DNA from: Hemiscyllium ocellatum
Lineage: Eukaryota
Reading direction: 5' to 3'
Length of the DNA stretch: 64,000 bases
Assembly: GCF_020745735.1 (NCBI RefSeq)
Contig: NC_083412.1
Coordinates: 50,719,181-50,783,180 of the forward strand
Shown piece after piece: positions 50,879 to 64,000 of this stretch (its first letter is position 1; each line of letters begins with the position of its first letter). The position numbers and the translations under genes were made by a program. Under the pieces are notes generated by a model. The model was not told where the DNA came from. It searched no databases and saw only the letters and a program-made list of their open reading frames with translations.

Positions 50879-51649
50879 GTTCGTAGTTAACCACGGGTTA
50901 GGGCAACTTCTAGTTTGTCTAACTTTTCCTGGATAACTATTCATGCACTTGTACACCAGAACCGTCCAAAATCTTGAACGCTAATCCAACAGTAAATTTT
51001 TTTCAAAGAATTCCACATGCCAGGCATTTGGCTACAGTGAGTTTGAACTTCTTGAGTCAATCTGTGTCTTTGGGTTGGCATATCAATGTAGTCCTGATGC
51101 ACTACTCCTGTCTATGTTTCAGCAATGATTGTCCTGTTGGAGGTTCTGGGCCACATGTTATAGCACTTCAACATTCACTACCTTGGGCAGACTTCACATA
51201 GAGTGAGGATCTCTATTTTACATAATATTTTGTTTCTTACAAAATTATACTCACTGAGCAATACCTTATAACTAATGTTTCAGACTCCATTATCACCATC
51301 ACTAAGTGTGTCCTGTCTCACGAAAAGTAAGTTGTGGTAGAATGGGAAACAGACAAGACCTGGTTCCTGAGCATCCTCGTCATTGACTCAAGAGCTGATG
51401 AGGTCTCATACATGCAGGTAAAATATGGGCTAGAAGGCCTCCTGCTGATTGCCCCCTCTCCCTACCCTCAACCAATGAATCAGTGCTCCTCTATGATAAA
51501 GATCACTTGGAAGAAACGCTGAGTGTGGCCTGGCAAATGTCCATATTCATCACTCAGAATGAATTTATTGAAGGACATATCTCCTAGACTGGGTCTGCAG
51601 CTGATAGTGAGGACACAAAAATGAGGGAAGAGCTTTCTCGAACTTGTCC

Positions 51650-52040
51650 ACTCCAATTCATCTTTCCATCACCTACAACGCACAAGTCATGAGTATGCTG
51701 GAATACTCTCCACTGACTTGGATAAGTACAGCTCCAAAAACAGTCATGAACTTGGCAGCATCCAAGGCAAAATGGCTTGTTCATTCAGCTCCTATCCACC
51801 ACCTTTATATCCAACCCGCATCCCCACCACCACCACCACCACCACCAAACCAATACACAGTGGTCACAGTTTGTAACATCTGCAAGATGTACTGCAGCAA
51901 CTTGCCAAGATTCTTTCACCAGAACCCTTCAAAATGGATGTCCTGCTACAACATGTACTGTAGCTATTCATGGTGACTCAGCACCACCACCTCAAGGACA
52001 TTTAAGTACAGGCAATATTTGCTGTTTTTACCAGTGTACA
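51650..52040 (+). mobile_element. Old LINE 3' fragment (second family) with a (CAC)n tract
   Basis: ITYNAQVMSMLEYSPLTW is an RT C-terminal motif. It shares sequence with 58425-58785. Confidence 0.65.
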
Positions 52041-52989
52041 CACCTATATCACAAGAAAAGTAATGATTGGGATTATATGTAATTGCACAAGATAAATTCC
52101 AGTGCAATTTCCTTTAGTCAGTTGTGGGGCTGAAAGCAGAGCTGCAACTATCACCGTGTGAAATGTTATCTTCCAACGAGCTGTGCTTCTGGAGGATGTA
52201 ACTAGCAGTGTCAGCTTTCCATCTCCCTTTCCCAGAGTGAATGATTCTGGGGTTGTACTGTATTCAATTAGAGACTCAGAAAAGCAACTATATGTCTGAT
52301 GTTTAAAACAGAAATCAACAAACTATAAGTTAATTGATACGTTTATAAATTCATCCATAAATTTTTAAAGCATTTCCTAAATATGACTAAATAATCTGAA
52401 AGGCAATTAGTACATTTAAAAATCCATCCATAAATTAGTTGCTTAATTTGGTTATTAATTAATATATGTTTGCATGAATTCAAAACACTTTTTAAATTTT
52501 GAAATGCAATTAAGGATGTGTAAATTGAGTTGGAAATTCATGATCATACATTTCCAAATTTTATAAACAAATATAAATTTAAAAAATTCACATAATGAAT
52601 AAGGTTGAAGAAGCAAGCTGTAGAAGGAAGTACTGTAATGTAATATTAAATATATCCAGAATTGTGCACATTTTAGTTTACCATGGCAAATCTCGACAAT
52701 GTTCTCTCATTATCTTTTTCCAAAGGCTTTGACTGCTCTCTGGGATTTGGTTTTACACATTCTTGTTATTTTCAGGTACTTTGCAAATGTGTCCTCTCTT
52801 CATTTATTAGTATGTATAGGCTATTCAGTGCTAAAGATATGAGAATTAAGTTTGGTCTTACATTTAACAGTGTCATTTTCACAGACATCCAGCAGAAGTT
52901 ATTGAATCTTGGTCATTTTTTTTCTTTTATAACCCACTTGCAGCTATCCTAGTTAATTTGATTGAGAACTGAACAGAAGAATTCCGAAT

Positions 52990-53355
52990 CTAAAATGAAC
53001 ACAGAAATTTAGCAGGTCTGGCAACATCTGTGGAGAAAAAATTAGACTTGCGTTTTGAATGACTTCAGAAACTAAAGGTGTTAGAAAATGACAGACAGAG
53101 GCCCAGTGCAAAAGACAAAGGTGGTGTTGATGGTGGAGAATGAGAAAAAGAGATGTAAAATGGGGTGGAATGTAAGAAAAATGAAGAACAGATATACATG
53201 GTCAGCTTTGAAAGTTATTCAGTGCAATATTGAGACCTCAATTGTAAAATGTCTAAGTGGAAAATTAGGTGTTGCTTCTTGAGTTTGCATTGTGTTCTGT
53301 TGGAACATTGCAGTCGGCCCAGGATAGATTTGTTAGCATGAGAACAAGATGGCGT
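52990..53355 (-). mobile_element. Old PLE 3' fragment
   Basis: Reverse complement of the GATGTTGCCAGACCTGCT terminal block and of the HLIF.LG...NI.LNNF coding tail. Confidence 0.6.
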
Positions 53356-53359
53356 AGAC

Positions 53360-55930
53360 TATCGGACCATAAACTATAAGCAGAACTAGGCCATTTGGCT
53401 CATCGAGTCTATTCCACCATCCGATCGTGGCTGATACATTTCTCAACTTCGTTCTCTTACTGTCTAACTCTGTCTTAAATACACTCAATGACTTGTCTCC
53501 AAGCCTTCTGCAGCAATGAATTCCACAGATTCAAAACCCTCTCATCTCAGTTCTAAAGTGCCTACCCTTTACTCTGAGGATGTGCCGTTGGGCCCTACTA
53601 ATGGAAACATCATCTCCATCTCAACTCAATTCAGTCCTCTCAGTGTTCTGTAAATTTCAATCAGATCCCCCTCATCCTTTTAAATACCATCGAGCACAGA
53701 CCCACATTCATCAACCACACCTCATATGATAGCCCTACATCCACACGATCATATGTGTAAACTTCCTGTCCAATGCCAACACATCCTTCATCCATTCTTG
53801 CCTCTTCCTTACCTTTCATATATCGCAAAAACACTTATGATAATCTTTTGTATCACCAGCTACCTTGCCTTTGTATATCATCTTCTCACTCCTTACAGTT
53901 TTTTAGTTACCCTGTACTGGTTTTTAAAGGCTTCGCAAACCTCTGGCTTCCTATTAATCTTCATAACATTGTTTACTTTTTCTTTTACTTCTAAGCTGCC
54001 CCTGACTTACCATGGTAGACATGGTTGCCTTGTTCTCTCCTTAGTATGTTTCTTCTTTCGAGTATGAACTTCTGCTCTGCCTCCTGAATTATCCCCAAAA
54101 ACTCTTGCCGTTGCTGCACCACCAACTTCCTGCTAGGAACCCCTTCTGATCAACTCTGGTCAGCCCATCCCTCATGTCGTTGTAGTTAGTTATTTTTATT
54201 CAACTGTAATACCTTTACATCTGATTCCAGCTTCTCCCTCTCAAAGTACAGAGTGAATTCGATCATATTCTGGTCACTGCCCCCTAGGGTTTTCTTCACC
54301 TTTAGTTCCTTAATCAAGTCTGCATCGTTACATATCACCAAGTCCAGAATTGCCTGTTTCGTTGTGGATTCTCCCACAAGCTGCTCCAAAATACCATCTC
54401 GTAAACATTCCATGAATTCCTTTTCTTGAGATCCATAAGCAAACTGATTTTCCCAGTCCACTTGAATATTGAAGTTCCCCGTGATTATTGTAATGGTGCC
54501 TTTCTTACATAATGTTTCTATCTCCTGATTTATTTTCTGCCCCACATCTTGACCACTGCTGGAAGGCCTGTACATAATTACCAACAGGGTCCTTTTACTT
54601 TATGAGACTAGACTTTATCTACACTTTATCAAGACTAAGAAAGGAATGGAATATAGATAAAGGCGAGGTGCTGTATTTTGGGAAAGCAGATCTTAGCAGG
54701 ACGTATGTGCTTAGTGGTAAGGTGCTAGGGAGTGTTGCCGAACAAAGAGACCTTTGAATGCAGATTCATAGCTTCTTGAAAGTAGAGTTGCAGGTAGATA
54801 GGATAATGAAGAAGGTGATTGGTATGCTTTCCTTTATTGAACTCCCAACCCAATCTAGTCCCACTTGTCAGCAACAGGCCCATTTCCACCAAACCCCTCC
54901 TATTCATATACCCATCCAGATGCCTTTTAAATGTTGCAATTGTACTGGCCTCCACCACTTCCTCTGGCAATATATTCCATACATGTACTACCATCTGCGT
55001 GAACAAGCTACCCCATAAGTCTCTTTTATATCTTTCCCCTCTCACCCTAAACCTATGGCCCCTAGTTCTGACTCCCCAACCCCAGGAAAACAACCTGTCT
55101 ATTTATCCTATCCATGCCCCTCATGATTTTATAAATCTCTATAAGGTTACCCCTCAGCCTCTGACGCTCCAGAGAAAACAGCCCCAGCCTATTCAACCTC
55201 TCCCTATAGCTCAAATCCTCCAACCCTGGCAACATCCTTGTAAATCTTTTCTGAATCTTTTCAAGTTTCATAACATCCTTCTGATTGCATACAATATTCC
55301 AAAAGTGGCCTGACCAATGTCCTGTACAGCCACAACATGACCTCCCAACTCCTGTAGCTAGAGGAAATGGTGGAGGCTAGTACAATTGCAACATTTAGAA
55401 GGCATCGGGATGGGTATATGAATAGGAGGGGTTTGGTGGAAAAGGGCCTGTTGCTGGCAAGTGGGACTAGATTGGGCTGGGAAATCTGGTCGGCATGGAC
55501 AAGTTGTTTCCATGCTGTACATCTCCATGACTCCTCAACTCTACCTATACAGATTCTGCACCTTCCAACTTGATATCACTTTTTACTATTGATTCAATTT
55601 CATTTCTTACTAATGCAACAACCTTACTCCGCACCCCCCCCCCCCCCCCCCAGCCCTTTTGATTATTGGATGTGTCTCCTTGGATATTCTGTTCCCAGTC
55701 CTGATCCCCTTACATCGCACTCACCAATTTCAATCTTCCCTACAAACTCATTTATCTTATCTTGCATTTAAGGACAGCACCCTCAGTCCTCCGTTGACTG
55801 CCCTTCTTCTCATAGTTGTTCCTTCATCTACTGTGTTTAAAGTTACATTCCTGACCCTTTCCATGCTCTCTGTCCAATTAGTTGTTCTGGAAACATTAAT
55901 AACTTCTGCTGAGCCTTCCCCCTATTTTAA
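53360..55930 (-). mobile_element. Old minus-strand CR1 (3' tail, then APE region) hosting a younger rearranged CR1
   Basis: Minus ORF 54186-54584 (YRPSS...TGNFN...AILDLVIC...LGGSDQNMIEF) is the APE domain. The host resumes after ~55535. Confidence 0.75.
54650..55532. mobile_element. CR1 3' fragment with internal inversion and duplication
   Basis: The order is + segment 54650-54840, - segment 54841-55355, + segment 55356-55532. About 120 bp are present in both orientations. Confidence 0.8.
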
Positions 55931-58424
55931 CTGCTTCCATAATTTTCCATGCAACTGAACCCAGATGTGGTGTTTAAACTTTGCTCTCATTTTTAGAATG
56001 CTTCTTGAGATTGTCAATGATATGCTGAAGACATAAATTGTTTTATTCCTAAACTATTCATGATTTTGTTGAATATTTATGAAATAAAATTAAAACCTTG
56101 ATCTGGTTCATTTATTTGTTTTATCTTGTAAAAAGAAATTGAACTAACTTTTCCAATATTATTTTTGCAGTGCTGTATCAGGAAGCATTGTTGAAATATT
56201 CATAATGAGTGAAAAGGTAATGATTCCAAATGCACTTGTTAGGTGGATTTGCACTCAATTTATTAAGAGCCTGCTTAAGAGCCCTTCAAAAGCTGGTATT
56301 GGATTTGAAGCTAAAGTTTTGTTACATTTTCAGATGGAACTATCAACTGATGAACTACAATGCATTTCTTATTGGCTAGTACTTGAGGCAAAGTCCATTT
56401 CATCATTAACACTTAGTCTTTCGAATGATTTACTGGGGGAGTTAGTTCTGATTCAGGCTCTGCATTATAGCACTCTTAATTCAAGACTCTCATTTCCTTA
56501 AGTATCCTTGGATGCATTTCATCCAGCTTTGGACAACCTATTCAGTTCCTTATTCATTATAATCCTCAAGTATCTAAACTGCATCCTGTTTCATCATGAT
56601 CTTTTTCTTGATAAAGATAGATATAATTAATTTCAGCTCATTTCATTTCTTCAGTTCCAAAATGTTCCAATTTATTCTCTATTTTTCATAAACTATTACA
56701 GTGACCATACTTCACTTTAAGCATTTTGTAAGATAATCTGTCTCTGTTGGTTGCCGGTCAGTAAATGGTCACCTGCATTGTCTTAAAACAGTGAGAGATT
56801 TTACTAACCCTTAGCCATCCATCATTTTAACATATATATGCTTCTAGAAAATGCCAGAAGCATTCCCACATATGTAGAGACCTGCTTTCAACACAAGAAG
56901 TAATGTGCTAGCTCTGTAGAATAGGAGACATCTAAGTTTTGGCTGATTGGTTTCTCCAAGTTGAGCCATTGTAACTCAGTAATAACATTGTATTTAATGG
57001 CTGTGTGTCAGCAAGTTCTGGTGATGCAAAGGGCAAGTTCACTAATAACTGATTTTCCACCTCTGCTAATTCCATCTTTAATCTGCTTTCATACCTCAAA
57101 ATATATACCTTCTTTCAAAATCATTTTTCATTCAGTAATCATTGCAATTATTTTAACAAAATTTGATTTCCTCTGGCATTTCACACAAGGTAAAATATCT
57201 ACAATTATATGTGGGTTGATATTCTACAACATCAAATTGTTCCTTTAGGATCATTTTGTTTTAGCATATATTAACAAACATGCTCTTGTATGCCAAGTAC
57301 CTAAATATTTCAAATGAATTATCCCTTATATCCTCAAAGTCTGCTTTCACTGTTCTAAATGTTAGAAATGGGACTTTCCTCTTTTGTTCTGTGCATTAAA
57401 GCAGTTGCTGAGACTCAGTCTGATTCTTTACCAGACTATTAATTTTCTACTCAAGTAGACAGATGGTGGTATCCTGCAGAAACATAACACTTTGCGTTAG
57501 CTGAATAAGTGCTTAGGTTTGAAATGCACCATGCAGAGATGATAGAAGAACACAACGGTTTTCTGGGTTATTTTTATATTCCTTCATCAGACTTCTCTGT
57601 TTCTCCTGACAACCCTCTGAGTAATAAAAATTCTCTGAACCACTTTTTTGATCTTTTGTTGATTATCTTAAATTGATGCCTTCAAAAGTTATTGACCAGC
57701 GAAAATACTTGCTCCAATTCAAAAAATTACATTCCTTTTTAATGCAGAATATCTCGACAGTAAGTTGGAAGTCCAGTAGCACAAGTCGGGGGTTCACAAT
57801 AAAAAATACAACTTTGTGGTGTTGAGCCATCGGAAATAGATTTTTGAAAGTATTGAAAGTTAAGATCTATATTTTTGATGGCAATGGATATCTGATTGTG
57901 CTGATGTTTGTGTTGTTTTCTCATAACCACAAACTTGGAATTTCAGCCAGTGCTACATTTTCTCAGCATTGTCTCATCTATCAGAGGAAATTTATAGTTA
58001 CAGTAGGAAATCTTTACCCTTTCCAAATAATCCAATTTCATAGGCACTCAATAATATTTGTATATCTATAGGATGCTGTCCAATTCTCTTTATGCCTGAA
58101 CTTAAATTTTGGGTCATATGGTCACATTTTAAAAGGTTAGAAATGCCTAAAATTAAACCCAGAAAAGGATATGATTACATACAACAGATGCAGGAAGACA
58201 AATTGCAAAGATTAGGATTGACTATGAATCAAAAATAAACAAAAACAAAGAGGGCAATACAGGCCTCGGAACAGGAACATCAGTATCAAGAGCATAACCA
58301 CACTGCAGATAGGCTGGATAAATACACATGCTGTAATAAGTGAAGAAAGGAAGCTTTTCAGGCAAAGTGTAGGAAATGCATAAAAATAATATTCTAAAAT
58401 ATATTTCCCAAATTAGAGTTCAAT

Positions 58425-58785
58425 CTTTACCCACTTCTCCACCACCAATGCAACAGTAGCAGCAGTGTGTGCTATCTAAAAGATGCACAGCAGAAATCTG
58501 CCAAAGATTCTCAGACAGCTCCTTCCAAACCCATGATCACTTCCATCTGGAAGATCAAGGGCAGCAGACACATGGGAACATCACTGTTGGCAAGATCCCC
58601 TCTAAGCACTCACCATCCTGACTTGGAAATATATCACCGTTCCTTCACTGTTGCTGGGTCTACCTACAATACGTGGACTGCAGGATTTCATTAAGGCAGC
58701 TCACCATCACCTTCTCATGGGCAACTCGGGATGAGCAGTAAATGCTGGTCAACCAGCAATTCCATGTTCCACAAATGAATTTTAA
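58425..58785 (+). mobile_element. LINE 3' fragment (second family)
   Basis: Ends GGCAGCTCACCATCACCTTCTCATGGGCAACT...AAATGCTGG...CCACAAATGAAT. Confidence 0.7.
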
Positions 58786-59922
58786 AAACCTTGCAAACTG
58801 CTCTTCAACTCCAGTAAAACTACAGGAAAGGGTGGTAATAGTTTTCTTTTATTTCACAAGTACAACAGATGACCCCTTGATAAACGAGTCCAGCAGCTAG
58901 TGTTTTTCCTTCTAAATGTAACTGCAGTCCTTTTTCACACTTTCAAAAGTTTGCAGATGTAAATAACTTCATGTAATGATACTTTGACGCACCTTATCCA
59001 TATTTCAGGAGTATTTATGTTTATTCCTGAAATTTCTGACTCTCACTTTGCTGTTGAAGACCCGGAAGAGTGGAAAGGGGTCTTTACTGAATTCAGCATT
59101 AATTGCAAATAGACCCTGAGTCAGTTGCTCCACTTTTGTAATTCACAGTCAAATGCCATCCCCCAGTTATCAACAATATGATCTATAGGAGAAGGGAGTG
59201 GGACTTCCACATTTCATCCATCCCATTTTTGTTAAAGGTCTCAAGAGTCAAAGTTACTCTATTAAAATCCATACTTTTTTTGCATAGAATTTAAAAGAAA
59301 TGAAAGTGCAGGTCAGTTCACCAAAGTGTTTCCTGAAATGGCAAATTATAATTATTAAAGCAGGCAACAGATGTTGGGGTATTTTCACTATAGTTTGGAA
59401 GGTTGAAGGGAGATCTGCTGAAGGTATTCAAGAAGACACAGAAATAACTTCAGCAGTGAGTTCACCAATTCAAGATTGGTACAAATGAAGTCACAAGGAT
59501 GTTGCCATTTCTCGTGCATATCGCAGCTATTATATTGGAAAGTTAATAAAGAAGTGACGATGTCCGATATGCATTTTGACTATTAAATTATTTCCACATT
59601 TAATTATTTTCCTTTTCTACGATTCCACTTTACAGGCTTTTCATCATAATATTTTTGTGTATTCCCTAAATTGAGTGAAAAATGAAAAGGACCAATTTAC
59701 ATCTACAGATAATTTTATTAAGGCAGTGCTGATATTTGTCAACCGGTATTGAGGAGGGAAAATGTTTGTATTTACAAGCAGCAGTGATCACAAGGGAAAA
59801 GAACCTTTATTTTCATGTGGAAGAAAACAGTTTACTCACCCCAAACAGAACAGTTACAAATTTTCACCACATTTTCTAGCACATCATAAACTGTGCCAAA
59901 AGAGGTGAACTGCCACAAGAAA

Positions 59923-60977
59923 TGTTACGAAAATACCTGTGGAAAAATCTCTGCATCTATGGCTTCTGACCTAACTAAGTAGCTGCAAAAGGTATCATTC
60001 AAAACTAGAAAAGAATAGTTCTGTCTGTGCATGCCCTCTCTAGTTGCAACCCTCCTTTATTTTTACAAATATTCTAATATAGGCAAGGATGATTCAATGA
60101 AATAGACTAGAGTCCAACAGATTACAAAGTATCAGTATCGATTATAAACAGTACTATAAATGAGGTAACTGAGGGATACACAAGCTCCATTTGAACAGAT
60201 GAAATGCAACAACTTAACTGAGAATAATTGGTAACTATAATGTCTCAGTACTGTACAAAGGAAAAACTGGTTAGGCTAACAGCAGACTAGACTTTGACTT
60301 TTTTGAGCCCTGCAAATAGCAGCAAAAATATCAAGAAAGTTGTTGAATTCCTTACTGTCACAGAGCTAGTCCCTTTTTTCAGAAGATATTCCATAACTCA
60401 AGGAGACTCTGTCCTTGATGTTTTTTTTAGAGGGGCAATAAATTGGGCTGGGCTCCAATCAGTCTGATTTAGTACAGAGATAAAAAGGATTTTGAGAGGC
60501 CTTTTTTATATATAAACAGATGAAACTTCAGGCCAAAGTGGTCATACTTTAGAAGTGACCTGTATAATGAAAGGGGCGTGGTCAGCTCTTTAGCTGAGCT
60601 GAGCAGTTTTAGTTCAGTCTTGAAGTAGGAGATTCACCAGGGAGCTGTGTGGAAACTCTCTGCACTTCTGCCTTCAACTTCAACCTGTAAGTATGTGTTC
60701 CATTTATACTGGTTTTTAAAGGGAGTTTGCTTATGGTACTGTTGTGTGTATTCAGAACAGCATAACTAAGTCTGGCTGGAGAGATTGAGTTCTGTCCTTT
60801 GTGTTTCATTGTGTAATTTTGTGAATAAATCTTTTGACTTGTTTTAAAATCTAGTAGTCAACCTAGCTATCTTACTCTGGGTAATTTTCACTGGACACTT
60901 ACTGAAACAAATTGCAAAGTTAGGTCGAGGGCTGCCTGCTTAAGAATGTTTTGAGTGGTCTGACCTTGTCCATAACA
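59923..60977 (+). mobile_element. 5' LTR of a Gypsy (Gmr1-like) retrotransposon
   Basis: TGTTACGA...CCATAACA termini and AATAAA at ~60824, followed directly by the PBS and gag. The 5' boundary is less certain than the 3' one. Confidence 0.7.
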
Positions 60978-60980
60978 GAC

Positions 60981-60998
60981 TGGGGGCTCTTGGCGGGG
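60981..60998 (+). promoter_or_regulatory. Primer-binding site, tRNA-Pro type (degenerate)
   Basis: TGGGGGCTC lies 3 nt after the LTR end and matches the start of the canonical tRNA-Pro PBS TGGGGGCTCGTCCGGGAT. Confidence 0.75.
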
Positions 60999-61077
60999 TT
61001 TTAAACAGCGAGTGGTAGGAGCTAGTGTCTTTATTTCAGGTGTTGGTTTGGTTGGGTAGACAAAGCTTAGGATAGTA

Positions 61078-64000
61078 ATGGCTCTTTCAGTCACCAAAAA
61101 TTTTCTGGAAGTGGATGTGGTGACTTTGCAAGTTTTGCAAAATGTGAATAAGACCAAGTTGCAAGAATTAGCAGAGAGGTTGAAATTGGAACTGCCTAAT
61201 TCTATGAGGAAAGGGGGAATAATTATAGCAGTAGCTCAGCATTTAAACTTGCTGGAGAAACCATCAGAATCTATAGAGATGGAAAGAATTCAATTGCAAA
61301 TGAATCAGCTCAAGTTAGAGGTGGGAGATAAAGAAAGGGCAGCAGAAACGAAACACGTAAAGTTATAATTAAACGCAGAAGAAAGGGAAAAAGAAAGATC
61401 AGCAGGAGAGAGGGAAAAATAGTGGAGAAAGAAAAGAGAGCTTTTGAACTTCAAAAATTGACACTTGAAAAGGAAAGTCCGCTTAAAAGGCTGGAGATAA
61501 AGGCTGAGGGTAGGCTCAGTGTGGAAGTACAAAGAACAAAGAAAATTTACACCCCAGGAACAGGCCCTTCGGCCCTCCAAGCTTGAGCCGATCCAAATGT
61601 ACTGTCTAAACTTATCGGGCAATTCCTAAGCATCTGTATCCCTCTGCTCCCCACCTAGTCATGCATCTGTCCAGACGCATCTTAAATGAATCTACCGAGC
61701 CTGCCACTACCACCTCTGCTGGCAACGTGTTCCAAATGCCCACCACCCTCTGTGTGAAGTACTTACCACTTGTATCCCCCTTAAACTTTCCGCCTCTCAC
61801 CTTGAAAGCGTGACCTCTCGTTATTGAATCCTTCACCCTGGGAAAAAGTTTGTCTCTATCCACTCTGTCTATACTCTTCATGATTTTGTAAACCTCAATG
61901 AGGTCCCCCTTCAATCTCCGTTTTGTTTGGTGAAACTAAACCTAACCTACTCAACCTCTGTTCATAGCTAGCACCTTCCATACCAGGCAACATCCTCGTA
62001 AACCTTCTCTGCACCCTCTCCAAAGCGTCCACATCCTTTTAGTAATTTGGGACCAGAACTGTACGCAGTATTCTAAATGCGGCCGAACCAATGTGTTGTA
62101 CAATTTTAACATGACTTGCCAGCTCTTATACTCAATACCTCTTCCAATGAAGGCAAGCATACTCTATACTTTCTTGACCACTCTATCCACCTGTGCACCA
62201 ACTTTCATATAACAATGGACCTGTACTCCCAGATCTCTCTGCCCATCAACTTTTCCCAGGGCTCTTCCATTCATTGTATAATTCACTCTAGAATTAGACT
62301 TGCCTAAATGCATCACCTCACATTTGTCTAGATTGAAAACCATCTGCCACTTTTCCGCCCAATTCTCCAGTCTATCTATATCCTCCTGTATTCTCTGACA
62401 GTCCCTTATGCTTCGTGTCATCTACAAACTTGCTGATCATACCAACAGTGCCCTCTTCCAGATCACTTATGTATATTACAAACAACAGTGGCCCCAATAC
62501 TGACCCCTGTGGAACACCACTGGTCACCTTTCTCCATTTCGAGAAACTCCCTTCAACTACTACTCTCTGTCTCCTGTTGCTCAACCAGTTCTTTATCCAC
62601 CAGCTAGGATACCCTGCATATCATGTGACTTAACTTTCTCTGTTAGTCTCCCATGGGGAACCTTATCAAACACCTTACTAAAGTCCATGTATATGACATC
62701 AACACTCTTCCTTCATCTGTCAGCTTGGTCACTTCCTTGAAGAACTCTATTAAGTTGGTAAGTTGGTAACCATGTTGCCTATCACTGATAAGCCCATTCT
62801 TTTCTAAATATAAATAGATCCTATCCCTCAGTACCTTCTCCAGCAACTTACCTACCACTGACGTCAGGCTCACTGCTCTGTAGTTACCTGGAATATCCCT
62901 ATTACCCTTCTTGTACAGGGGGGCCAGATGAGCAGTCCTCCGGCCCCTCACCTATGTTTTAGGATGCCACAAAGATATCTGTCAGGGCCCCAGCTGTTTC
63001 CTCTCTCGCCTTCCTCAGCAACCTGGGATAGATCCCATCTGGTCCTGGGGATTTGTCCACCTTAATAACCTCTAGACTGCCCAACACATCTTCCCTACTT
63101 ATATCAATGTGATTCAGACGAATCAAACTTGTATCTCTAATCTCAACATTCATCATGTTCCTCTCCTCAGTGAGCACTGATGCAAAGTAATCATTCAGAA
63201 TCTCACCCATTTTCTCAGGTTCAACACACAGCCTTCCTTCGTTATCCTTTAATGGACCAATCCTTTCTCTAGTTACCCACTTGCTTCTTATATAAGGATA
63301 AAATGCTTTGGGATTCTCCTTAATTCTGCTCGCTAAAGCTATGTCATGACCCCTTTTAGCCTGCTTAACTCCTTGCTTAAGTAGTGGAAACTCTTATGGA
63401 AGAGCAGAGAGTTAACATAGCAAGGTTAGCAGCTGAAGTGGCTGATGGTTATGAGCTGGTCCATAAAACTCAGTTTGGCTTCCAGAATCAATTTCAGTCC
63501 ATGAGGGATAGAAAGTGGGGCAAAGAGAAATCTTCACTTAGAAAGGGAAAGGTGGATCTGAATGAAGATCATAATGAGAACTTACCACAGGGTAAAAAAG
63601 AAACCCTTGAGGGGAACAAAAAAGTTAATAAGTTCCGGTGATTTTATCGTAATAAAGTGGGCCACATAACATCACAGTGTTGGTGGGCTAGGAGAAAGCC
63701 AAAAGTAGGAAAACCAGACAAGTCTGGAAGTTGTGTTGAACTAGTAACAAAAAGCACAAGGGAAGTTAGACAATTGCCTCAGAGTGTACAAGAGGATCAG
63801 AGGTTGATTAAGGAGGAAGTGCCAGATCTGCTTAAAAAACGTAAATGCAAGGGTAAAATCAATTCACATAGGCCAGGGGTAATAGGTAAGGAGGGTACAA
63901 TATTAAGGACACAGGATCCTTTCAGTCTGTGATGTTGAAGGATGATGAGATATGTGCTCCCGATGAGCTATTGCCAGAGAAGGTACTGGTAACAGGAATT
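61078..64000 (+). pseudogene. gag-protease of a Gmr1-like Gypsy element, disrupted and split by a LINE
   Basis: MALSVTKNFLEV...LQELAERLKL and an E/K/R-rich coiled coil. After the LINE come EEQRVNIARLAAEVADGYELVHK, a degenerate CCHC knuckle (R*FYRNKVGHITSQCW) and the protease motif ILRDTGS in the shifted frame. Confidence 0.75.
61530..63378 (-). mobile_element. CR1-clade LINE (third family, TTCTTTG tail), 5'-truncated
   Basis: Minus ORFs [51 protein letters not shown] and ITRGH. It is flanked by AAGTA at 61525-61529 and 63379-63383. Confidence 0.92.

Noticed and set aside
51777-52082. Poly-His / poly-Pro ORFs
   Set aside because: These are translations of a (CAC)n microsatellite within a LINE fragment.
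34465-64000. Next Eph exon (fibronectin type III, RPPSAP...)
   Set aside because: I found no matching coding sequence by eye. It presumably lies beyond the window.

Overview
This is vertebrate genomic DNA, almost certainly from an elasmobranch (shark). That is inferred from HE1/V-SINE-like SINEs, HER1/CR1-like LINEs and SacSINE1/Deu-like SINEs. The window is nearly all intron. The only host coding sequence I can support is one 156-nt, phase 1-1 exon on the + strand (34309-34464). It encodes the Cys-rich/EGF-like segment of an EphA receptor, best matching EPHA6, and it is absent from the ORF track. The rest is a nested record of retroelements: many CR1-clade LINE pieces (one near full length with a zinc-finger/SGNH-esterase ORF1), tRNA-derived SINEs, several Penelope-like element (PLE) families carrying minimal hammerhead-ribozyme motifs, Gypsy relics, a Gmr1-like LTR element and a probable solo LTR. 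The most unusual structures are (i) a TSD-flanked palindromic PLE-terminus element with a SINE inserted into its hammerhead core, (ii) a PLE with twin-priming-type inversion, (iii) a ~270-bp inverted duplication of a SINE tail plus flanking DNA, and (iv) an inversion-duplication inside a LINE. I found no convincing new protein-coding system. Almost all listed ORFs are TE fragments or chance ORFs. Repeat boundaries were read by eye and are approximate, and family names come from recalled motifs, not database searches.
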